A DNA stretch of 53,683 nucleotides from a virus. Lineage: Duplodnaviria; Caudoviricetes. Position numbers and translations under genes: made by a program. Below are positions 39,627 through 47,800 of this stretch, one piece after another. Under the pieces are notes generated by a model that did not search any database, was not told the origin of the DNA, and worked only from the letters and a program-made list of their open reading frames with translations. How positions within the stretch are numbered: position 1 is the first letter of the stretch; each line of letters begins with the position of its first letter. Location: positions 1 to 53,683 of IMG/VR virus record IMGVR_UViG_3300013126_000042; one strand, written 5' to 3'.

Positions 39627-39683
39627 TATTTAATTTTTTAAAATAAATTATTGGTAAATATTGAAACAATAAATCGCTAAATA
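39627..39683. promoter_or_regulatory. Divergent late-promoter-like boxes
   Basis: TAAATA on - (39632-39627) points into the oxygenase cassette; TAAATA on + (39655-39660, 39678-39683) points to Gly-rich copy 2. The context is AT-rich. Confidence 0.45.
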
Positions 39684-39709
39684 TTACACAAGTCTCTTAA
39701 GGGGAAAAA

Positions 39710-40666
39710 ATGCCTTTTGTTACCACTATTCGTAGAAATCATGCTAGAGAACAGCAACTCAAAATAGAACGTCCTCGTTTTGAATTAACTGGCGGTGATA
39801 AAGTTTATACCGCTGGCGGGTATAAAATCCATATGTTCACTTCTGTGGGCGAGTCTCAATTATTCTTAAAACAACTGCAAGATCCAAAATATCTACATTT
39901 GACAGGAGGCGCTGGTGGCGGAATGACGGTAGAATATCTTTGCGTTGCAGGTGGTGCCGCCGGTGGCGGTGAGCGTAATGACGGAGGATCTGGTGGTGGT
40001 GGTGGTGCAGGCGGTTACAGATCCGGTACCTTTACGTTAACCACAGGAACGACTCCTGTGCAAGTAGGCAGCGGTGGCACTGGTCACGCACCTAGCAGTT
40101 ACGGAGGACCAAGCAGCCCCGGCGGAAATGGCGGCAATTCAGCAGTAGGACCAATTACATCTACTGGTGGTGGTGGTGGCGGATTTTACACTACCAACGG
40201 AAATCCAGGAGGATCCGGTGGTGGCGGCGGAGTAAATACCAGCAGTAATACTCCGGGAACGCCCGGGGAAGGCAATCCAGGAGGCAACGGACAAAGCAGT
40301 AGTTCTAGTGGTCGCGGTGGCGGAGGTGGTGGCGCTGGTGGCGCTGGTAACCCTGGTCCCAGTTCTGGCGGTGCTGGTGGGCCTGGCACAACGTGGCCAG
40401 GAAATAGTCAAACTTACGGTGGCGGTGGCGGCGGCGGTGCTGGCCCTCGTATCGGTGCTGGTGGTCCTGGTGGTCCTGGAGGAGGAGCACCCGGAGCAGG
40501 ACCTGGCAGTCCATATAGTCCGAGAGCAGGTACTCCTGCACCTTTTTGGGCAGGAAATAACTTTGGAGGTGGCGGAGGCGGTACTTCCGGATCCGGAAAC
40601 TCTGGGCCAGGCCCTGCAGGTAACGGGTCCCCAGGTATAGTAATTGTGAGATATCCTTTCCCGTAA
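39710..40666 (+). CDS. Glycine/proline-rich (polyglycine-II-type) virion protein, copy 2
   Basis: Paralog of 33784 (MPF...IR, FE.TGGD.VYTAGGYKIH.FT, GGGGAGGYRSGT, V.VRYPF); 14 Pro-Gly dipeptides. Confidence 0.75.
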   Translation: MPFVTTIRRNHAREQQLKIERPRFELTGGDKVYTAGGYKIHMFTSVGESQLFLKQLQDPKYLHLTGGAGGGMTVEYLCVAGGAAGGGERNDGGSGGGGGAGGYRSGTFTLTTGTTPVQVGSGGTGHAPSSYGGPSSPGGNGGNSAVGPITSTGGGGGGFYTTNGNPGGSGGGGGVNTSSNTPGTPGEGNPGGNGQSSSSSGRGGGGGGAGGAGNPGPSSGGAGGPGTTWPGNSQTYGGGGGGGAGPRIGAGGPGGPGGGAPGAGPGSPYSPRAGTPAPFWAGNNFGGGGGGTSGSGNSGPGPAGNGSPGIVIVRYPFP

Positions 40667-41076
40667 TGCCTTTATTCAAAACCACATATAACATTTTAGG
40701 TCCTAGAGATCAGGACGAATTATTTGACAGAAATCAATTAGATAGATCTACGCCCTGGCTTCCGCCTTCGGCAGATTGGGATTATGCTAGAGAAATGCGG
40801 ATTGAAGATGTAGATGTTTGGGAAATACTATACGAAGCAGGGCAAGGTATAGGTGTATATGCAGCCTATAGCCCATTTGCTGAATTCTATATGGTTACCA
40901 CGGGTTGGTTACCTTTATTACAAGGTCAACCATATAACGATAAAGTTATAGAAACCTATTACGGTGCAGGTGCACAAAATAAAGTTTATAAACGTGCTAA
41001 AGAATTAGGAATAGATCTCAGTCTTTATAAATCTTGGGTAGATGACGACGAGATGTGGTTATACAATGGTAGCTAA
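40666..41076 (+). CDS. Small acidic aromatic-rich protein, paralog 2
   Basis: TAATG coupling to the Gly-rich gene; FKTTYNI, DWDYAREMRIEDVDVWE, YKRAKELG. Confidence 0.75.
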   Translation: MPLFKTTYNILGPRDQDELFDRNQLDRSTPWLPPSADWDYAREMRIEDVDVWEILYEAGQGIGVYAAYSPFAEFYMVTTGWLPLLQGQPYNDKVIETYYGAGAQNKVYKRAKELGIDLSLYKSWVDDDEMWLYNGS

Positions 41077-41416
41077 ATTTATAAGAACTATTGATCTTAA
41101 AAATGACAGCTGGCAACTGAGGAACTACGATAAAAATTTTTTATCAGCACCGCCTTCAGAAGATTGGACCGGATCTTATCCACCTGATATTGATGATATA
41201 CAAATATGGGAAGAAATCTACTATGATCCTGGAGTTATAGGCGTATACGCAGCGTGGAATCCATTTTGTGAATTTTATATAATCGATCGTCCTTTTGTAA
41301 AAAATCAAGATAAGAGATTTTTAAAATTCTACGGTACTGAATCTTCAGAAAAAATACAGGAAATTGTTAAAAACTATAATATCGAAATTCCGGTTTTTAC
41401 AATGAAAGTAAATTAA
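41066..41416 (+). CDS. Small acidic aromatic-rich protein, divergent paralog 3
   Basis: PPSEDW, IDDIQIWEEIYY, GVYAAWNPFCEFY; start moved to ATG 41066 to align with the paralogs. Confidence 0.7.
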   Translation: MVAKFIRTIDLKNDSWQLRNYDKNFLSAPPSEDWTGSYPPDIDDIQIWEEIYYDPGVIGVYAAWNPFCEFYIIDRPFVKNQDKRFLKFYGTESSEKIQEIVKNYNIEIPVFTMKVN

Positions 41417-41658
41417 TTAAAAGAAAGACTAAATTTTGTACCGTCTATAGCATTAACAAAATGTATACTATCAAAATAAGAATTTTCGTTATCAACTAAT
41501 ATAGAATTATATTCCTGTAGCCACAATTCTCTTATTTTTTCAAATTTGTTATCGGCTGTTGATATTTCTATAGGATATTTTTCCAATAGCAGTTTCAAAG
41601 CTCGTATAAAATATGGTTTTGTAATGCCGTCCTTGTCAAATATAGGTAGTACTGTCAT
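41413..41658 (-). CDS. Small hypothetical protein
   Basis: ATG 41658 lies 8 nt downstream of a perfect TATAAATA on the minus strand. Confidence 0.55.
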   Translation of the reverse strand: MTVLPIFDKDGITKPYFIRALKLLLEKYPIEISTADNKFEKIRELWLQEYNSILVDNENSYFDSIHFVNAIDGTKFSLSFN

Positions 41659-41666
41659 GGTAGAAG

Positions 41667-41708
41667 TATTTATAGCCAAAATGCACAACACCTAAGCTAG
41701 CATAAATA
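41667..41708. promoter_or_regulatory. Back-to-back T4-type late promoters
   Basis: TATAAATA on - (41674-41667) and ATAAATA on + (41702-41708). Confidence 0.6.
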
Positions 41709-41713
41709 ACAGT

Positions 41714-43774
41714 ATGACAGCATTAAATTACTTCAGAATTATTCCTAGAGATGCTGATTTTCTAGATAGGAAAACAGGTTCTCGCGGCGAAATCTTTTTT
41801 GACGAAGATAGCAATAGTTTACGGTTATATGACGGTGTTAATCTTGGCGGGATAGCATTGCTACGTGCTGATCTAGAAAATCTAGAAGCGCAAATTAGCA
41901 CAGTAATCCCATCAAGTACGCCACCCGTTGATGTTGACCCGGGCACAGTTTGGTTTAACACTAACAACGGAAAAATCTACATATATTTCAACGACGGCGA
42001 CAGCAATCAATGGGTACAGCCTACTACTCCTAGTGTTGGCGGTGGTGGTGGAGGTGGCGGAGCTTCTGATTTTTCTGGTTTAACTGGTACTATTTCTTTG
42101 GGACAGATTGCAAATAATTTAATTACTCCTGCTAAATTAAATTTATCAGCCAGTTTAATTCCAAATGCTAATATAGCTTATGATCTAGGCAGTAACAGTT
42201 TTCGATGGAGAGATTTATATCTAAGCGGCAGTTCGATCAATTTAGGATCTGCCGTGATTACTGCGTCGGGCTCCAGTGTAGTTCTGCCTGCGGGCAGCAC
42301 AGTAGCGGGTTCATCAATATTAGGATTTTCTACTATTGAAATAGCTGGACAATCAAACATAGTAGCAGACACGTCGTCTGATACTTTAACTTTAGTAGCA
42401 GGTCCAGGCATACAGATTACAACGAACAGTGAAACTGATACAATCACGATCACAAACACCGGTGGAGGTGGTGGTGGCGGTAGTGGAGTAAGTTCTGGAA
42501 CAGTTAATAGATTAGCTTGGTATGCAACAACAGGCAGTGTCGTATCTGATACCGGCAGCGCACTGACATGGAACGGAACAAATTTAAATATCACAGGAAC
42601 AATTACAGCATCAGGAGCAGTCAGTTATACAAGAGCTTACTTTGATACATTAACGGCTTTAAATCAGGTTAGTCCTAGTACGTGGCATGGAATGGTTGCA
42701 CATGTTCACGACACAGGAAGAATGTATTTTGCGCACGCAGGACAATGGACTCCGCTGGCAAATTACAGCGATATCAGCCATTTTTCTACAATTGCGGTTG
42801 CAGGACAATCTAGTGTTGTAGCAGAAACCGCCAGCGATACTTTGACACTCATAGCTGGATCAAATATAACTTTATCTACGAATGCCAGCGCCGATTCCAT
42901 TACGATTTCAAGTAACGCTATATCTCTTGACGGACTCAGTGATGTTACTATTACTTCTCCAACAGTCGGGCAAATTTTAAAATATAATGGCAGTATTTGG
43001 ATCAACGATACAGACGCTACAGGTGGCGGTGGTGCTGCTTCAAATAGTTTTGAAACAATCGCAGTAGCAGGACAATCCAGTGTTGTTGCTGATAGTAGCA
43101 CAGATACATTAACGTTGGTTGCTGGATCAAATATAACCATAACCACAAACGCCTCTACAGATACAATAACAATTAGTGCTGCTGGAGGAGGTGCTACGTC
43201 AAATAGTTTTGAAACAATCGCAGTAGCAGGACAGTCTAACGTTGTTGCTGACAGCAGCACAGATACATTAACGTTAGTAGCCGGTACCGGAATTTCTATT
43301 ACTACCAATGCCAGCACAGACGCAATTACTATCACAAGCACTGTTACAGCAGGAGCCACAGCATTTACTGGATTATCAGATTCTGCTGGGTTGACTGTAG
43401 ATAAAATTTATCTTCCAGCTATCACAATGTTAACAACAACAAATAACGGAGCATCTTCCTACAGATTTGATCAATACGGAGCTTCTGATAACCCAACCAT
43501 ATATGCAATCAGCGGAACTACCATAGCTTTCAATCTCAGTGTAGCAGGTCATCCATTTTTAATACAAGACGGTGCTGGTAGTAATTATAATACTGGCCTA
43601 GTACACGTGAGTACCAGCGGTAGTGTGAATACTGGATCGGCAGCTCAAGGTCAAACTTCTGGAACACTGTATTGGAAAGTACCAAATAGTATTTCTGGAA
43701 ATTATAGATATCAATGTTCTATACACGGCGGCATGGTTGGAACTATAACTGTTAAATCATTTGCCGGTATATAA
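41714..43774 (+). CDS. Fibre protein with four internal repeats and a C-terminal cupredoxin-like domain
   Basis: Four F.TI..AGQS..VA....DTLTL.AG repeats with Gly linkers; C-terminal GHPF...YQCSIHGGMVGTITV. Confidence 0.75.
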   Translation: MTALNYFRIIPRDADFLDRKTGSRGEIFFDEDSNSLRLYDGVNLGGIALLRADLENLEAQISTVIPSSTPPVDVDPGTVWFNTNNGKIYIYFNDGDSNQWVQPTTPSVGGGGGGGGASDFSGLTGTISLGQIANNLITPAKLNLSASLIPNANIAYDLGSNSFRWRDLYLSGSSINLGSAVITASGSSVVLPAGSTVAGSSILGFSTIEIAGQSNIVADTSSDTLTLVAGPGIQITTNSETDTITITNTGGGGGGGSGVSSGTVNRLAWYATTGSVVSDTGSALTWNGTNLNITGTITASGAVSYTRAYFDTLTALNQVSPSTWHGMVAHVHDTGRMYFAHAGQWTPLANYSDISHFSTIAVAGQSSVVAETASDTLTLIAGSNITLSTNASADSITISSNAISLDGLSDVTITSPTVGQILKYNGSIWINDTDATGGGGAASNSFETIAVAGQSSVVADSSTDTLTLVAGSNITITTNASTDTITISAAGGGATSNSFETIAVAGQSNVVADSSTDTLTLVAGTGISITTNASTDAITITSTVTAGATAFTGLSDSAGLTVDKIYLPAITMLTTTNNGASSYRFDQYGASDNPTIYAISGTTIAFNLSVAGHPFLIQDGAGSNYNTGLVHVSTSGSVNTGSAAQGQTSGTLYWKVPNSISGNYRYQCSIHGGMVGTITVKSFAGI
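43040..43340 (+). repeat. 159-bp tandem duplication inside the fibre gene
   Basis: An identical 35-mer, tcaaatagttttgaaacaatcgcagtagcaggaca, occurs at 43040 and 43199. Confidence 0.9.
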
Positions 43775-43786
43775 ATAGGATGAATC

Positions 43787-44860
43787 ATGCCACTTAATTT
43801 TCCTAATAATCCAACTGCAAATGTAACAACATACACAGACGGAACAACCAATTGGATTTATAACGGATCAGCCTGGGAAATAGTTCCAAATCAGAGTCCC
43901 AGCTTTACAAATATCACAGTCAGCGGAACTATTACCGGTAACGTCACAGGCACGGTGTCTAGTCTCAGTAATCACGGAATTGATGCTCTAAATGATGTAA
44001 CAATTAGTTCTCCTACAAATGCACAGGTACTATCCTATAATTCTACTACAAGCACGTGGGAAAATATCAGTCAAGGTGCTTTCGGTGGCGGAACAGTTCC
44101 TAATCCTATAAATTTAACTAACGCCACTGTCAGCACAAGTTCAACTACTGGAGCTTTGAGAGTCGCTGGAGGTGTGGGCATAGTTGATGATCTATTCGTT
44201 GGCGGTGCTGTAACTGTAGAAGATGAATATTTAGATTTAAAAACTAGAGCAGAGTTACGTTTCAGTGACACTGACAATTCTAATTATGTTGGTTTTAAAG
44301 CACCAACAAATCTAACTGCAAATAAAATTTGGGTCTTACCGACTCAAGACGGAGATCCAGGACAATTCTTGCAAACTGACGGTGCTGGCAATTTAACTTG
44401 GGCAGGCAGCGGTGGTGGCGGCGGCAGCTCAGTTGGCGGTTCAAATACACAGATCCAATTCAATAACAACGGTATATTTGGCGGTAACGCATCATTTACA
44501 TTTACACCCGGTACTAGTACTATTAATTTAGTAACACTTGTAGCCTCGGGCATAGCTACGTTTACTAATAATACTGCTAGTACAAGTTCTACCACCGGAG
44601 CAGTATTAGTACAAGGTGGACTAGGTGTTGCAGGTCAAATAAATTCTGCTGGTGCAACAAATAAATTCACAGCTTCAACCGCCTCAACCACAGCTAGTAC
44701 AGGTGCAGTGGTGATTACCGGAGGGCTTGGAGTAGGTGGACAGATCACAGTAGGGGGAGATGTAAATATATCTACAGCTCCTACTTTAGCATCTCATGCT
44801 GCTACTAAATCTTATGTAGATTCACAGGTACTGGCGCTTTCGATAGCGTTCGGAGTATAA
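43787..44860 (+). CDS. Fibre protein
   Basis: Three S(T)SSTTGA..V.GG.G(V/I) repeats, the shared LRF.D.DNSNYVGF module, ATKSYVD, and a C-terminal LSIAFGV. Confidence 0.75.
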   Translation: MPLNFPNNPTANVTTYTDGTTNWIYNGSAWEIVPNQSPSFTNITVSGTITGNVTGTVSSLSNHGIDALNDVTISSPTNAQVLSYNSTTSTWENISQGAFGGGTVPNPINLTNATVSTSSTTGALRVAGGVGIVDDLFVGGAVTVEDEYLDLKTRAELRFSDTDNSNYVGFKAPTNLTANKIWVLPTQDGDPGQFLQTDGAGNLTWAGSGGGGGSSVGGSNTQIQFNNNGIFGGNASFTFTPGTSTINLVTLVASGIATFTNNTASTSSTTGAVLVQGGLGVAGQINSAGATNKFTASTASTTASTGAVVITGGLGVGGQITVGGDVNISTAPTLASHAATKSYVDSQVLALSIAFGV

Positions 44861-44870
44861 GGAAAAATAA

Positions 44871-47800
44871 ATGGCAAAGAAATTAGTTAAGAATTATGTG
44901 TTTACTCCGGGCGTTAGTTTAGATGAAAATCTATTTCCTAATGCCTACAGTCTAATCAGTCAAAACCGACAGTTTATCTTAAAAGAAATTGTAGGATTTA
45001 TTCAAAATCTTGTTACTGCCGGAGATTCTTCGTATGTGGGTTACACATTCAACACCGTAAAATGTGAACGCGACAGCGGTTATGTAATAGATGCACTTTT
45101 ACATGATCTTCGATACGGTGGTAACGAAAATATAAGATATGTAGCAAGTCAATACTGGGACGGCACTGTGGCGCAGATTGATGGTAACAGAATTCCAGAA
45201 TATGAAGCATACGAATTCGCTAGAGATTTAATCAACACTTATATTCTAACAAATACAACAGACCCCAGTCCAGAACAAGGGATAGAAATACAAGTTATTG
45301 ACGGAACTAAAAATACAGAAGCAGGTGCATATGCCCGTGTGCAGACACTGCTTACTAATGTCAAAGACGTTATTGAAAACGGCCTAACCAGTCTGCCAGT
45401 CTTAAACATCCAACTAGGTAGAATAGAAGTTTTAGGTAAAATTGAATTAGAAGATATATTGCTAATATCTAATGTAACCGACAACGTAGTAATTTACAAT
45501 TTTGCCGAGCCTACCAAAGGCGGCACAGTAGAATTCAACGAAGGTAACAGCACAGCGTATCCCAATGCTCTGCAGGTCAACAACGGTACAACAATCATAC
45601 GATTCAAATTTGATACATCGAATATGTCTAGTACCGACAGTGTACAAATTTTCCTTGAAAACACAGAACTCAAAGTAAGACCATATGACTTTGGCACAGA
45701 CGCTATTGAGCGTATGCGAGTAGCCCAGCCACAGGCTATGTTAGACGCTGACTTCGAATACGGTCTGCAGCCAACAAAGTGGCAGGCGATTGGTACTCAA
45801 CGAGGATATCCTGCTACTTATGAAGTCAGTTCGACCGATATTCCAGTAAGTAGCATAGTAACTGATGCATCAACTGGCACAAGCGGAATTGGCGGAAGTT
45901 TAATAACAGTTACAACGGTAAGCTCACATGGTCTGGTAGCAGGACAGGCTATCAGTATCAGAGCGTTAGCATCCAGTATTACAGGATTTGCAAGAGCAGA
46001 AGGCACATTCATAATTTATTCTGTTCCAAGCGGTACTACATTCACATATTATGCCAAAGCTAAGGTAGGAACAAGCAACGGACAAGTTTTAGCAACATCT
46101 ACATCTCAGCTAAGACAAGCCGCATTCTATACCGGAGCTAGTGTTGGACAACCAATATTTACTGTGTACAGCAACGGTAGCAGCGGGTCCTTTACCACTG
46201 CTTTACGAACAGAAAGCGGACAGAATACTCTTGCATTTATTGGACTGGCTCCTCCAATCGGAGCTCCTTTGTCTGGGACAAACATCGCCAGCGGCACACA
46301 GATTGCTGGTGTGTTTGGACCTTCTAATTCTGACGGTATTGTAGATTATAGATATGTGCGCACTACCTATGGTGGCGGAGTTTCTAGTGTAGATTTAGTA
46401 GAGACAAGTGGTCTACAGGCAGGTATGGCCTTAGGCGATGAAGCTTCGCCTAATATCTTGCGAGAAATTACCTCTATAGACGGTATAACTTTGAATTTAA
46501 GCGGCGCAGTTACAGTAGGACATACAGGAGACAACAGTATATATAACGGATCAGCTACTCCTGTAAATAGTTCAGGAGTGAATGCATTTTTTAACATCAC
46601 AGTAACATCTGGCGTTTATGCTGTGGCCGGTATTGGGTCTAGTGGCGGTGGTACAGATTGGGCAGTAGGAGATACAGCTCTAATCACCGGAGATTTTTTA
46701 GGCGGTGCTACCCCCGCCAATGATTTGTATATTAACATAGATTCAATATCGGGGGGTGCAGTAACAGGAGCCAGTATCGTTCAGGGAACAGGTACAGGTA
46801 GCGGATCATTCAACGACATTGAAGCATATGGTGATGCGTCTAAAGGTTCGGGCGGTGGAAATTGGTTCATAACCAGAGCCGGTGGACTTTATAGTCTTAC
46901 AGCAGCACCCGGCAGTGCTGGTACAAAATACTATGTCGGTAATAAATTTAAAATCCCAGGAACCAGTCTAGAAGGCGCAACCCCGGCCAATGATGTGTTA
47001 CTACGTATAGATTCGGTATCAGCACCTGGAGGTTATCCTACTGCGGCATCTATTACTTCAGGCACAGCAGCTAGAGGAGATCAAATCCCAGTTTATGCCA
47101 CAGTAACGTTATCGGAAAATACAACAGGAATAGTATCAGCTGCGGCAACAATTAACTATTCGTCTATTGCAACAATTCAAGTGGCATTTCCTTCAAATCA
47201 CGGATTTGTTCCGGGTATGGGTTTAAATATAGCTATAACATCAACCGGAACTAATCATGCTCTAGCATCTGGTCCGTTTGCAGTCGAGGAAATAGTAGCC
47301 ACAAATGTCATAAGATATACTGCTAGATCTTCTGGTACAGTAGATACAGCAACATTGTTACAGGGTGTGGTCTATGTACGACCTGATACCTTCTTTACCC
47401 ATAGACCGTTTGACGGCGGTGTTCAGCTAGGTACAGGGGGACCGCAACACGGTGGCCAAGCTATTCGTCAAAGTAAAAAATATATTCGTTACCAATCTGG
47501 TAAAGGCGCGATGTATAACACAGGTGCCTTATTCGCTCCTAGTTTTGATGTAAGGACCGTGACAGCCGCTGCAACGGCGTCTGGATCGTTGATTACTATT
47601 GTCACTGACGATGTAGATCACGGATTACAGGCTGGTTCTACTATTAGATTATCGGGTGTACAAACGACTGGTTATAATGGCGATTATCAGGTCAGTGAAA
47701 TCGTAGATGAAAGAACTTTTAGAATAGTAGCCCAAACTGCGCTAGGAGACACCACAGGTGCTATCGGCAGTCAATGTCAAATGTCGTTAGTAAATTGGCA

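Noticed and set aside
43040-43340. 35-bp identical repeats as a CRISPR-like array
   Set aside because: There are only two copies, both in frame within a protein repeat, and the intervening sequence is also homologous.
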